Positions 9,488-19,968 of a stretch of 64,000 nucleotides of DNA are shown one piece after another. The DNA lies in assembly GCA_963665295.1 (NCBI GenBank), contig OY762209.1:768001-832000 (forward strand). The letters are read 5' to 3'. The position numbers and the translations under genes were made by a program. The notes under the pieces were generated by a model. The model did not search any database, had not been told where the DNA came from, and was given only the letters and a program-made list of their open reading frames with translations. The first letter of the stretch is position 1. The number at the start of each line of letters is the position of its first letter. This DNA is from Syntrophorhabdaceae bacterium (GTDB lineage Bacteria > Desulfobacterota > Syntrophorhabdia > Syntrophorhabdales > Syntrophorhabdaceae).

Positions 9488-11188
9488 ATGAAAAGCACGA
9501 ACTCGTACAAAGGATTCGAGACATGGTTCAATGGTCTTCGCATGGCGATCAAGATGCATTTTTATATCTTTTGTATATTCCTTGCCCTTCAGATTTTGAT
9601 CAGTATCACCGTGACATACTTTCTTCAGGGAAAGAGGTACTCTGCAGTAGGGAGATATCTACTCGACTCGGCGAAGGCATTTCAATCCCCCGATATGAAC
9701 ATCCTATGGCCTTACGTCACGTACCTCTTCTGGAACTTCGTGTGTGTCTTTGTGGCAAGTTCGGTGGTCTACTTCGGGTATCCTTTCGCGATTGCGCTGT
9801 TCAAGGGGAGGTCAAAGAGACAGCTGGAGACGAAACACCTTGCCGGGGTGGGACTCGCCAATGCCCAGGACTTTGTGAAGCAGATCGGGAAGGGAGACCT
9901 TCCGTTCGGGTCCTTCAGGCTTCCCGTGAAGGAGGAGACCAAGCACTGTCTCACCATCGGAAGACCAGGGACGGGGAAGACGGTCTTTCTTTCTCAGGTG
10001 GTAGAGAGACTCATAGAAAGAAATGCCAAGGGGGTGATCTATGACTTCAAAGGTGACTACGTTTCCCGGTTCTATGAGCCGAAGCGGGACATTCTCTTCA
10101 ACCCCCTCGACTGCAGGTCTGCGGGATGGAACCTTTTTTCCGACATCAAGACGAAGCTCGACATCAACGTCATGGCCTCATCGTTGATACCTCCGGTCTA
10201 CACGGGGGACACCTTTTGGAACGATGCGGCAAGGGGTGTCTTCTCGGGGATACTTCACTACCTATGGCAGCATGATCGGAGGACCAATTCGAACATATGG
10301 ACGGGCGTCACTGCACCGGGTGAGCGGATACACGAGTGGCTAAGACACACCCCCGAGGGTCAGACCGGGTTCCGTTACATCGAGGATGCGAGTTCTAAGC
10401 AGGCTCTCTCTGTCTTCGCCACCATGATGCAGTACACCGCCGCCTTCGAGTATATGTCGCAGGCAGAAAGCAACTTTTCGGTGACCGAGTGGCTCTCGAA
10501 TGCCAGACCGGGGTTCATCTTCGTGACGAATCAGTCGGACCTCAAGGACACGTTGAAACCTATCCTTTCCCTCTTCATCGACTTCCTCGGGAAGAAACTT
10601 CTCTCCCTTCCCGACGATCTTCAGCGGAGGGTCTTCTTCCTCCTCGATGAGTTCGGTACCCTTCAGAGGTTATCAAGCATCAAGGAGCTACTGATCGCTT
10701 CCCGGAGTAAAGGAGGTTCCTGCTGGATAGGGATACAGGACATCGGACAGCTTAACAAACTTTACACCCAGGACGTGGCCGACACGATTGTAAATGCCTG
10801 TGGGTCCTCCGTCATGTTCGCGGTGAGTGATCCCCGCACCGCCAAATACCTGGTCGACAAGATCGGAGACACGGAGATCATGGAGGCGGAGGAAACCTAT
10901 AGCATGGGAGTGGCGAACTACCGGGACGGGGTATCTCTCACCCAGAGAAGGAAGAGGCAGCGCCTCATACTCGACTCCGAACTGATGAACCTTCCAGACC
11001 TCCACGCATATGTGAAGGTGCCGAACAACCCGTCCGTTACTTTGAGTAGATTCGGGATAAGGGAATATCCGGCGAGAACAACCTCATTTGTAATCCGTGA
11101 CAACCTCTTGCTCGAAACAGTTATCGAGAGGCAGGCAGAAGCGACCTTAATGGAGGAACTCGTGCCCGGTGTTGTGGGTCGAGCGTGA
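9488..11188 (+). CDS. Type IV coupling protein (TrwB/TraD family)
   Basis: Two N-terminal TM segments, Walker A GRPGTGKT, YDFKGDY, FNPLD.RS, Walker B FLLDEFGTL. Confidence 0.93.
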   Translation: MKSTNSYKGFETWFNGLRMAIKMHFYIFCIFLALQILISITVTYFLQGKRYSAVGRYLLDSAKAFQSPDMNILWPYVTYLFWNFVCVFVASSVVYFGYPFAIALFKGRSKRQLETKHLAGVGLANAQDFVKQIGKGDLPFGSFRLPVKEETKHCLTIGRPGTGKTVFLSQVVERLIERNAKGVIYDFKGDYVSRFYEPKRDILFNPLDCRSAGWNLFSDIKTKLDINVMASSLIPPVYTGDTFWNDAARGVFSGILHYLWQHDRRTNSNIWTGVTAPGERIHEWLRHTPEGQTGFRYIEDASSKQALSVFATMMQYTAAFEYMSQAESNFSVTEWLSNARPGFIFVTNQSDLKDTLKPILSLFIDFLGKKLLSLPDDLQRRVFFLLDEFGTLQRLSSIKELLIASRSKGGSCWIGIQDIGQLNKLYTQDVADTIVNACGSSVMFAVSDPRTAKYLVDKIGDTEIMEAEETYSMGVANYRDGVSLTQRRKRQRLILDSELMNLPDLHAYVKVPNNPSVTLSRFGIREYPARTTSFVIRDNLLLETVIERQAEATLMEELVPGVVGRA

Positions 11189-11218
11189 AGAGAGTCTCAC
11201 AAGCGGTCAATCGATTTC

Positions 11219-11458
11219 TTGGGCCTGCCCGGAATTGAAGGACAGGCCCTTCCTACCTTCATGGAAATCCCCGTCCTTAACAACAACAGCTCCCGTACTT
11301 GGTGGTTTGCCACCGTCAAGCAGTGCCCGTCTCCGGACTGCCTTGCAGACCGGAACAGTCACTCTTTGAGCGTGTGGCGTATTCCGCTTATCGGTGAAAG
11401 ATATCCCTGCCAGGCAGGAACACTTTTCTCCGATGCTCATTGCCCACCCACCCCTTGA
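11219..11458 (+). CDS. Small Cys-containing hypothetical protein
   Basis: ORF track; CPSPDC and further Cys; no family recognised. Confidence 0.35.
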   Translation: MGLPGIEGQALPTFMEIPVLNNNSSRTWWFATVKQCPSPDCLADRNSHSLSVWRIPLIGERYPCQAGTLFSDAHCPPTP

Positions 11459-11541
11459 GAACTGATATAAAGATCCTTTGAGAGTACAAGCCGGTGTGGT
11501 CACGAATTTGTGCAACAGGGCGTTGCACAATTAGCACTCTA

Positions 11542-11725
11542 TTCTTCGCTCCATAAAGGTTTGCCTCTTGGCACCCGGCACGCCGCATACGTCATGTCCG
11601 GGTGCATGGAGGCAGCTATGGAATTCCGGATGATCTCTTCCTTTCTTTCCCCAGAACTTTGTGAGGGAAAGAAAGTTTTTTTAAGGGGGAGATTCCCTCA
11701 AATCCAGGGAAAAGGAGGAGACAAG
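11542..11725 (+). promoter_or_regulatory. Conserved structured leader, copy 1
   Basis: Similar to 35610..35786, with an identical 32-bp core (11657..11688 = 35723..35754); hairpins, a T7 tract, then an RBS. Confidence 0.8.
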
Positions 11726-11893
11726 ATGGCCGGTAAGAGTGACAAGCCCATCCGTATCATCGTGGAGGTTTCCGGGGGAACGGTCCGGTCGATCCATTCC
11801 GACTCTGACATGATAACCATCGATGTTCTGGACTATGACAACATGCAATGCGCGGAAGGCGATCCGGAGGCGCGGGAAGAATATGAATACTAC

Positions 11894-13119
11894 CTAGTGT
11901 CACGTCACTCCTCTAATGTCGGATAAAGCCGTCTGAGTTTTATTCGCGCATCCTTCGTGGTGAATTGCCAGTTTACTTTTGCCCGGAGATTATCCCTACG
12001 GGCTTGCCAGGCAGCAACTTCGGAGCGGACCTTGGCAATACTGTCGATCCGGCGGTCGAGGCATTGGTGAATGAGCACATTGAGTTCAATCTCCGCCATA
12101 TTGAGCCAGCTTCCGTGTTTGGGTGTGTAGACGAAGTCAAAGCGGTCCCAGATGCGCTTCGCTTCCTCGGGTGGAAAGGCTTCATAGAGGGAGCCGGGTT
12201 TGTGGGTGTTCAGGTTGTCCATGACGAGAGTGATCTTCTCGGCATCTTGATAACTGGAGACAATATCCCGGACGAATTCCGCCCAGTCGCACTTTGTTCT
12301 TCTCTCCGATACGTTCGTGAGACGGGTTCCCGCTAATGGCTCGTTGGCCATAAATATGGTGCAGACACCGCAGCGCTCATACTCGTAGTCATGACGTTCA
12401 AGGCGTCCGGGAGTTTGAGGAATGGGGGTACGGGTTTCTTTAATCAACTGCCGTGGCGTCTCATCCATGCAGACTACCGGGAACTTTGGATCATACGGAC
12501 GTTTATACACATCGAGCACACATTCCATGGCGGCGACAAAATCAGCATTGGCCTCCGGAGGGATGACCCACCCCTCTTGCTTCCAGGGTTTTGTTTCGTT
12601 TTTTTAAAACCCGACGCACGGTCTCATAGGATATGTTCCCGATATAATTGAGTGTCACCATTCGGTCTGCAAGCAACCGTAAAGTCCATCGGGCATACCC
12701 CTCGGGCGGTTCACTGCAGCTTAAGGCAATGAGATGGGCCTCGAAGTCGCCGTCGGCCTTCTTCTCGTAGACCCGGTCGGCCTTATGTCCGGTGAGGGCG
12801 GTATCAAGTCCTTCTTCCACGAACCGCTTCTTCACCCTGTCGATCTTCCGCATGCTGATCCTCAAGACGGCCGATATATCCTCATTCTTCATCCGATGAT
12901 CCTGAAACCGGCCCTCGTCGCAATTCAAAAGGATCAATGCATTAAGCACCTTCTGGGACTTATGATTGCCTTTCAGCACCACGCGTTCTAACTCCCTTCG
13001 CTCTTCTTGTTCGAGCGTCACCTTGTATTTCCTCATTCGGACCTCCCCATGGCTGAATGTTTGCCTTGGGGAGATTTTATACTATATCATACGACAATAC
13101 AAGTGTGACGTGACACTAG
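11894..13119 (-). mobile_element. IS630-family element A, copy 2 (complete)
   Basis: Terminal IRs CTAGTGTCACGTCAC / GTGACGTGACACTAG with CTAG at both ends; ORFs 12542..13036 and 11905..12528. Confidence 0.95.
11905..13036 (-). CDS. IS630 transposase (frameshifted)
   Basis: HTH ORF plus DDE ORF; same A7 slippery run as copy 1. Confidence 0.9.
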
Positions 13120-13165
13120 GCTTGGAGGAAGAATTGAAAGCCCTCAAAGTGAAGGAGGTGACGAC

Positions 13166-13570
13166 ATGAGCACCATGCTTATCGAGGATGAAAAGTTTGT
13201 CCGGATTTACAACAGCCTATGCCTTATGGACTCGGGGGGATGCGGCCTTGCCTTCATATGGAATTACCCTGAAGGATGGACGGAGAGCCTTGATGCTCAC
13301 TTCAAATCGTTTGTCCAAAACCTGAGACTGGCAAACGTAAACGCTTATAACGAGCGATACGAGGAGAATGAACCCGCCCGGATTCTTTCTTTCAAAGAAG
13401 GGCGTTCGTATGGCCTCATCGATCTTATCAAGGCGCTCCGTTCAATCAGCTACAACATAGACGATCAGGACATAAACAGATGTGCCGCCCTTCTTGAGAA
13501 GCTCATCAATTATGTCATGTGGCAGTACATTTCGGAATTGCCTGAATATCAGCAGTCAAAGGCGTGGTGA
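13166..13570 (+). CDS. Hypothetical protein (ICE backbone)
   Basis: AAGGAGGTG RBS; ATGA coupling to the split gene; 134 aa. Confidence 0.7.
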   Translation: MSTMLIEDEKFVRIYNSLCLMDSGGCGLAFIWNYPEGWTESLDAHFKSFVQNLRLANVNAYNERYEENEPARILSFKEGRSYGLIDLIKALRSISYNIDDQDINRCAALLEKLINYVMWQYISELPEYQQSKAW

Positions 13571-13613
13571 CGAGCAGGGGAGAGAGAGTCTTCTCCCCTC
13601 TGAATTTGAACAG

Positions 13614-13900
13614 ATGGGACTGAGCCCCGAGGATCTGAGCTACCGGGTAGTGAGGAATGCCCATTCAGGAACCAGCTTTTTACCGGAAGACAGAGCAAGA
13701 CAGGAACGGCAGGCATACTGTGAAGACATTCAGAACGTCTTCAAACTCTTTGCCGACATAATTACCCCGGACCAGGAAGCCCTCTTCCTGGAAGAGATGA
13801 CCAGGTACCGGAAAGGAAATCTGTCGAGGCGTGTTGACTATCTCTATGACCGTTCACGAGTGATATCTGCGATGATCACCTCAAGGAGAACGGTTTCAGA
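13614..13900 (+). pseudogene. Probable truncated fragment of a larger mobile-element protein
   Basis: AHSGTSF.PE.RA ... SR..SAMIT looks protein-like and then degenerates; family not assigned. Confidence 0.3.
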
Positions 13901-13989
13901 TGGGCACCATCCATCGGAGCATGGCAGAGGAGTCCGGCGGCAGCACAGAGGGCGAAGGAGATTGCAAACCTTGAGGGAAGGCGGGTATC

Positions 13990-14178
13990 ATGACAGTGAC
14001 CATACTCGAAAGCGCAGATAACGGAAGGCTAACACTCCAGGAGTCAACCTTGACCGATGGAAGCAAGGTCTACAGCGCCTTCATCCGGAGCGCGGAATTG
14101 CCATGTAGAAGCGAGGAAGCAGCAACCAGCCTCTTTCTTAAGCTGGCTGAAATGGTTGGTAATTTCGACATCATCTAG
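13990..14178 (+). CDS. Small hypothetical protein
   Basis: 62-aa ORF (TLTDGSKVY) ending just before the conserved trailer repeat. Confidence 0.55.
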   Translation: MTVTILESADNGRLTLQESTLTDGSKVYSAFIRSAELPCRSEEAATSLFLKLAEMVGNFDII

Positions 14179-14190
14179 AGCAGACAACCG

Positions 14191-14227
14191 AGCCCGCCCG
14201 CAGGTTTGTGTGCGGGCTCGGACCCTT
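14191..14227 (+). repeat. Conserved trailer repeat, copy 1
   Basis: AGCCCGCCCGCAGGTTTGTGTGCGGGCTCGGACCCTT resembles 36626..36662. Confidence 0.65.
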
Positions 14228-14798
14228 CCGAGTACACGTTTTACGGCCCTTACAACCGGAAGCCATTCTCTCACCTCCATAACCCCCCCTCCCATGTTGC
14301 ACCCTCAAATGTTCCCTATGCCTGACACCAAGATTATCTGAGGCGGGCGTCCGACATTGCGAACCCTTTTGTAATCTTTCTCGCATTTGTAGTTGAAAAT
14401 GACCCTGATTTTAGAGATAATGAATTTGTGGGTAATGAGTCAACAAAACGGGATTATACGGAAATATTTTTGCCTTTTCAGATATTATACAGGACCAGCT
14501 CTGTATACCTAATTGGTTGGACAAGAAACACTTTTTGACAAAAGAGGGCACATGGACAAGAAAACAAAGGGGTCGTGGTTGGTTCATCACGCTAACAAAT
14601 TACAGGGCGTTGTAAGTCAGTCAGGCTACGAGAAAACATTCCTTGCCGGAAAGGCGGGGATATTGCTCTCGGCTATTTCTTCAAACAGCGAGATAAGGAT
14701 TTCCAACCAGCGCATCGAAACCTTGGCACAAGCTGCGAACATCAATACTACATTCGAGCGGAACGTGTCAATGAAAATGAGACACTTCCATCAGATAT

Positions 14799-15797
14799 TT
14801 AGTGTACCCCGCCATCGCTCGTTGATAATGGCTTATTGATCCAGACGGCGTCAGGCAGTGACGCCGGTTTCGGCATCCTCCCCTTGAACCGTTCCGGATG
14901 TTTTTCATACGCAGCCCGCAGTACGTCCGTACGACCTTCAATGATCCTCAACGCTCTTCCATAATGGACGTCCTCGGGGGTGAGAAGACCTATCCCCGAA
15001 TGGTAATGCTCGGTATTGTACCAGGGGAAGAATGTCTGGCAAAAGGCCCGGGCATCCTCAATGGAGCCGAACCTTTGAGGGAACTCGGGCCGGTACTTCA
15101 TGGTCTTGAACTGAGATTCGGAATAGGGGTTGTCATTACTGACCGAAGGCCTCGAATGGCTCTTGGTGACCCCGAGATCGGCCATGAGCAGGGCGACGGG
15201 TTTCGACGTCATACTCGACCCCCTGTCCGCATGGATCAGGAGCTTACCGGGCTCTATCATTTGCTTCTCGCAGGTCTCCGCGATCAGTTTGCGAGCAAGG
15301 GCGGCAAGTTCCCTGTGGGCCACCATCCACCCCACCACATAGCGGCTGTAGATGTCGAGGATCACATAGAGGTAGTAGTAGGTCCATTTTACGGAACCCT
15401 TGAGCTTCGTGATATCCCAGCTCCACGCCTCGTTGGGCGCCTTCGCGAGGATCTCCGGTTTTGCGTACCGGGGACGGGAGACCTGCCTCCTCCTTTCTTT
15501 CAGCTCACCTTCTTCTTCAAGGATCCGGTACATGGTGCGCACTGAACAGAGATAGCTCTTCTCGTCCAGGAGGGCCGCGTAGATTTCCCGGGGTGCTTTA
15601 TCGATGAAGCGGTCCGAATGAAGGATATCAAGTACATCGTTCCGTTCCCCGAAGGAGAGGGCCAAGGGAGAGAGACGGTTCAAAGGTTCCTTCTCTTTCG
15701 GATGCTGCCACCGGTAAAAGCCCGCACGGGATACGTCGAGGGCGTTGCAGGCAGGGCGGATACCCACTTCATGGGCAAGCGATTGCGTGATGTTCAT
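14799..15797 (-). CDS. IS3 transposase OrfB (rve integrase core)
   Basis: DDE motifs as above. Confidence 0.92.
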   Translation of the reverse strand: MNITQSLAHEVGIRPACNALDVSRAGFYRWQHPKEKEPLNRLSPLALSFGERNDVLDILHSDRFIDKAPREIYAALLDEKSYLCSVRTMYRILEEEGELKERRRQVSRPRYAKPEILAKAPNEAWSWDITKLKGSVKWTYYYLYVILDIYSRYVVGWMVAHRELAALARKLIAETCEKQMIEPGKLLIHADRGSSMTSKPVALLMADLGVTKSHSRPSVSNDNPYSESQFKTMKYRPEFPQRFGSIEDARAFCQTFFPWYNTEHYHSGIGLLTPEDVHYGRALRIIEGRTDVLRAAYEKHPERFKGRMPKPASLPDAVWINKPLSTSDGGVH

Positions 15798-16192
15798 GAC
15801 TTCTCCTCGCTCGACCCCTTGAGCAGCTCGGCCACTTTTTTTTGGACCTCGATAATGAGCTCCGCCTGTTTCAGTTTATGGGTGAGCCTCGTGTTCTCCT
15901 TTTCCAGTTCGATGGTGCGACGGATAAGGGGATCAGGCTTTTGTGTGACGGGTCCTCTCTTTTTCGGGATGAGGCCCTGGTGAACCTGACGCCGCCATGA
16001 GGTGAGGCTCGATGAATAAAGTCCCTCTCTGCGCAGAAGCGCCCCTATCTCACCCTTCCCGGTACAGTTCTCCACCTCCTTGAGGATACGGAGCTTGTAC
16101 GCCGCGGTGAATTTCCGGCGAACTGCCTTTTCCGGTACTTCCGGATCGGGGACTACCCTTGGTGATGCCATGACTGATTTCTTTTCTTCCAC
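15794..16192 (-). CDS. IS3 transposase OrfA
   Basis: RRKFTAAYKLRIL, LLRREGLYSS HTH; A8 run near the 3' end. Confidence 0.9.
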   Translation of the reverse strand: MEEKKSVMASPRVVPDPEVPEKAVRRKFTAAYKLRILKEVENCTGKGEIGALLRREGLYSSSLTSWRRQVHQGLIPKKRGPVTQKPDPLIRRTIELEKENTRLTHKLKQAELIIEVQKKVAELLKGSSEEKS

Positions 16193-17325
16193 GATCGTTC
16201 TTTCCTTCCCGCCCCCAAGAGTCTAAACTATTGGGTGGGAAGTGTCTCACTTATATTGGCACGGAGGGAGCTGCCAAAGCTGCTTGAAGTGCTTCGCAAT
16301 AAAGACCTGATCGACATGGGTGCCAATACCGTAGCCGTTCTTGGAGTTACCACGTCATCCGCACTCCAACACACTTCGGATATCTTCGAGTCCTCAGAGC
16401 CCAGCGACCTTGAGAAAGCAGCAGTCGAGTTAGCGGAGCTATCCTCAATAGAACCCATAAACCAGGAGGAGGCCATCGACGAGTTGGCCGACAGCCAGCA
16501 TCTTGATGAACCGGTTATTAACCAGGTTCTATTTGATGCCGAGCAAATCGGATTTGTGGACATCGAAAGACTCAGCGATAAAGAAAAGCTCTACTTTAAC
16601 GGAAATCTATTTAGGAGGGAGACCACTAGGAAAATCAAGGCTGTTCTCGATTCTCTTTCTGCGAGGGACCAAACAAAGTTGAACGAACTCACTGAGTCGC
16701 TCAAGGAGAAAGCTTGCATTCCTGTCGACATAGCCAGAAGCCAGCTTGGCGACCAACTCTTCAGCAAAGTTAGCGCAATAGGATTGTTCGATATTAGCGT
16801 CGTAAGCAATTCAACTGAGGAGGTCGGATTCTTGACATTGCCATCAGCTTTCGCCAAATTCAGCAGCTCAATGGTGGATGACGCGTTTGACCTCGCAAAA
16901 GCATTCATCAGTTCTATAACGTATGGGATGACGAAGAGTTCATACGCACGAGGCCAAATTCAAATGGTAGACGCCTTGCTGAGTGCTCTTGTGCGGGGCG
17001 AGAGTGTTGGTCCCGTCCGGGCAATTGCTGAGGACTACCAGATACTGGAGCTAAAGGGCGTTGTTGAGGTTAAGACGGGTACCAAGAAGGGCAGAACGGG
17101 GCCAATGCTAAGGCTACTCAAGAAAGAAGTCGGTGAGTTGGCATTGCAGGCAATTCGTCAAGGTGATGTAAGCGAGCACTCGCTAACCTCACTCCCAAGC
17201 TCAGCGGTAACGCGTTTCAACGGCCCAGAACAAAACAGGGTGAGGGCTCGAAGGGCACAGACTAAGGCAAGCCCAAAGGCAACTAATGACATGCTTTCAG
17301 TTCTCCGTATGGGAGGTGGATTCTA

Positions 17326-18378
17326 ATGAGAAAACAATCCGCTTTGAATAAGGGGTCCATGATGGAAGAACAGCTCAGAGACTACTTTCTCAAGGCAGGC
17401 TATTACGTTGTCAGAAACGTTCCTTTTGTGTATGAGGGCTTTGACATAACAGATATCGATCTTTGGTTATATGGTCGTACGTCTTCTGTTTCTCGTGAAA
17501 TAACAATTGTAGATATAAAGAATAGGAAAACTCCGCAGGCAATCGAAAGAATCTTCTGGGTCCAAGGGTTAAGGCAGGCGACAAAGGCCACCAATGCGGT
17601 GGTGGCAACCACCGAGAGGCGTCCCGAAGTGAAGGACTTTGGGGCTGACATAGGGGTGTTAGTACTCGACGGGTCCTTCTTAGCTAAACTTGCCAAGCCT
17701 AAAGAACCTGCAACTCAACGTTTGGCAGAAGAAGAATTCGTCTCCATGATCAACGAATACTATCTTGGAAAACTTGATGGGGATTGGAAAGGCAGAATTC
17801 TTGTGTGTAAAAGCCTTCTATCCAAGGGCCTTTCGTTTGACAATTGTAATGCGTGGCTTTCCCATGCAAAGTTTTTTGCCGAGCAAGTCATCACAAAGCC
17901 AACACAACACGAAATATCCTTAAGATGTCTCTATCTTGTTTGTTCCTTCATCGCGATAGGGGTTGATTTCCTACTAAAGGAAATCTCGTTTCTTGAACAG
18001 ACCGAAAGAAGCCAAATGCTAAAAGATGGCTTTACTTATGGCTCTAAGGGAAGTTCTGGAATGAAGAGAGTTCTTAACGTTGCAATGGGGTTGGTTGAAC
18101 AACACGCCGTCAACGGAAACGTAATCTCTAACCAGGTTCGCTCCAGTGTCGAACGTCAGTTAGCGTCCTTACATACGGTCATCTTGGGTGAATTTTTCTC
18201 TAAGATGGAGATGGCCAAACACCTCTTTACTGTTGCGAGAGAACTGGAACTTCTGTCAATGCAAAGGGTCTTTTCACCGCACACAAACGCGTCGACTGAG
18301 CTTAGAAGTGTTCTTGGCTGTTTGCTCGATTATTGGGGCATTGATAGGGTTGTCTTTGGCGAGAAGGCAAGCGGGTGA
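17326..18378 (+). CDS. PD-(D/E)xK restriction-endonuclease-like protein
   Basis: E..LRDYF..AGY, TDIDLW...IVDIK; start overlaps the stop of the upstream gene (TAATG). Confidence 0.65.
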   Translation: MRKQSALNKGSMMEEQLRDYFLKAGYYVVRNVPFVYEGFDITDIDLWLYGRTSSVSREITIVDIKNRKTPQAIERIFWVQGLRQATKATNAVVATTERRPEVKDFGADIGVLVLDGSFLAKLAKPKEPATQRLAEEEFVSMINEYYLGKLDGDWKGRILVCKSLLSKGLSFDNCNAWLSHAKFFAEQVITKPTQHEISLRCLYLVCSFIAIGVDFLLKEISFLEQTERSQMLKDGFTYGSKGSSGMKRVLNVAMGLVEQHAVNGNVISNQVRSSVERQLASLHTVILGEFFSKMEMAKHLFTVARELELLSMQRVFSPHTNASTELRSVLGCLLDYWGIDRVVFGEKASG

Positions 18379-18575
18379 TAAAAAAAAGGGGGAAGACGGG
18401 TAACAAATTCTAGTTTTAGTTTGGTCGTTTATAGGTGTGAAACGGACGCTTGTTTTAAATAAAACTCCTGACGAAACATGTGAAAGTGGAACCTTGCCTA
18501 ACTCGTAGATTCAGCGAATCGGCCATAGAGGCCTCTGACTGGCCCGGTCCAGACGGGTCAAATTGGAGGAAATAG

Positions 18576-19337
18576 TTGCGCATCTGTATTTTTTGCACAG
18601 AAAAAGCATCTACAGTGGAGGATGTCTGGCCCCTGTGGCTGATGAAGCGGTTTCCCTCTTCCAACAAAGCCCGCACATATGCAGAAATTGGCGTACGGGG
18701 CATGGTCAACTGGCCGACGGCGAAGCCAAGTCTGTCTCTCAAGCGGCTTTGCAAAACCTGTAACAACGGCTGGATGAGCAGACTCGAAAACGAAGCGAAG
18801 CCGGTCGTAGAGTCTATTCTTGACGACAAGATTGAGGCCATAGACGCTTCGGCTCAGTTTATTCTTGCACGGTGGGCAGTAAAGACGGCAATGGTGATAG
18901 AGACTGTGGATGCGGATCGGCCCTGGTTTTACTCCGAGACAGAAAGAGCGTTCATGCGTGACACGCAGACAATTCCACAGCGCACCTCAGTTTGGATAGC
19001 CAAGTGTATCCTTCATCCGAACATCTATAGTGCCGCAAAGGACTTACGAACCTCGCTTGACGATAGTGGTGTACGTGCATTTGTTACTACAATGGCCTTT
19101 GGATCCCTCGCGTTTCAAGTGGTGAGTATCAAGACTCCTGCCGAGATACCCGCAACGACAGGAGTGGCATATGATGTCAGTGATGGACCTTGGAACCAGA
19201 CACTCGCACAGGTATGGCCGAAGAGTGAGGAACCACTGGTTTGGCCACCGCCGTACGGCCTTGCGGACGAGCTGGGGTTGGAAGCCCTGACTGAGCGCCT
19301 GAGTCCTGTAAAGAAGCTATGCAGAAATGACAAGTGA
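18576..19337 (+). CDS. HNH-like zinc-binding protein
   Basis: CIFC...EDVWP.WL...LCKTCNNGWMS.LE pattern of HNH-like proteins. Confidence 0.6.
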   Translation: MRICIFCTEKASTVEDVWPLWLMKRFPSSNKARTYAEIGVRGMVNWPTAKPSLSLKRLCKTCNNGWMSRLENEAKPVVESILDDKIEAIDASAQFILARWAVKTAMVIETVDADRPWFYSETERAFMRDTQTIPQRTSVWIAKCILHPNIYSAAKDLRTSLDDSGVRAFVTTMAFGSLAFQVVSIKTPAEIPATTGVAYDVSDGPWNQTLAQVWPKSEEPLVWPPPYGLADELGLEALTERLSPVKKLCRNDK

Positions 19338-19339
19338 CC

Positions 19340-19407
19340 ATTTAATGACGGCGTGCACCGGCTCGGCAAAAAGCGGCGCTTCCTTCCCGGTGACGACTGG
19401 TTTTGGC
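19340..19407 (+). other. Degenerate attC-like site
   Basis: CACCGG...CCGGTG inner pairing directly after a stop codon; core sites decayed. Confidence 0.45.
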
Positions 19408-19441
19408 AGCGAACAATAAACCAAAATAAGGAGGCACGACG

Positions 19442-19744
19442 ATGGCTTACAGTTATCCGTTCAAGACAACCGACGAAAGAACAAAACTGGCTGTATGGGC
19501 AAAAGGAAGAATAGTCCCGGATAAGGATGGGAAGCATTGGGATCCGGCCGAGTGGCGATACGACACCTGTGGTAAACCCATAAAATACGTCGAGCATGGA
19601 AACACTAACTCAGACGTTGGATGGGAAATAGACCACATAAAGCCAACTGCTAAGGGCGGTCCGAACACTTTTGATAACCTCCAGCCTCTGCAATGGGAGA
19701 ATAACCGGGCAAAGGGTGATAATTACCCATGGTCTTGCCCCTGA
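19442..19744 (+). CDS. Small HNH endonuclease
   Basis: GWEIDHIKP...GG....DNLQPLQWENNRAKGD. Confidence 0.88.
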   Translation: MAYSYPFKTTDERTKLAVWAKGRIVPDKDGKHWDPAEWRYDTCGKPIKYVEHGNTNSDVGWEIDHIKPTAKGGPNTFDNLQPLQWENNRAKGDNYPWSCP

Positions 19745-19883
19745 GTTTTGCCTGTTGAACGGGGATCATCGATTGAGACGGTGAAATAACTGTATTCGGA
19801 CATGGATCATCGTTTATGTTGTATGTCTCCCCCGGTGGAGGTGTTTCTGGAAATTTATCCATTAACTACCTCCTCAAAGAATG

Positions 19884-19948
19884 TGCTAACCAGTCGCCGC
19901 CCGGACCGAACCCGCGCTATGCGCGTCTCGGTGAGCTTTTCGTTGGGC
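19884..19948 (+). other. attC-like site
   Basis: GCTAAC ... CGCGC-TAT-GCGCG ... CGGTGAGC-TTTTC-GTTGGGC (GTTRRRY core), followed by an RBS and a gene start. Confidence 0.6.
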
Positions 19949-19968
19949 ACAAAGGAGAGAACGTCTGA

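Larger units (their letters stand above)
11726..13169 (+). pseudogene. Small acidic protein gene split by IS630
   Basis: MAGKSDK...EEYEYYL (from 11726) rejoins in frame with GLEEELKALKVKEVTT* (to 13169) when the IS and one CTAG are removed. Confidence 0.8.
14760..16267 (-). mobile_element. IS3-family element
   Basis: orfA 15794..16192 and orfB 14799..15797 (WSWDIT, HADRG, NDNPYSESQF); subterminal IR CGTGTCAAT..TGAGACACTTCC; flanking GAGC duplication at 14756..14759 and 16268..16271. Confidence 0.92.
14552..17326 (+). pseudogene. About 420-aa hypothetical protein gene interrupted by IS3-family element
   Basis: 14552..14759 plus 16272..17326 rejoin in frame (...INTTFE|LPKLLEVL...). Confidence 0.85.

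Noticed and set aside
1..13119. Composite transposon formed by two inverted IS630-A copies around the transfer genes
   Set aside because: The copies are diverged, and copy 2 has its own CTAG duplication inside a gene that rejoins perfectly, so these are independent insertions.
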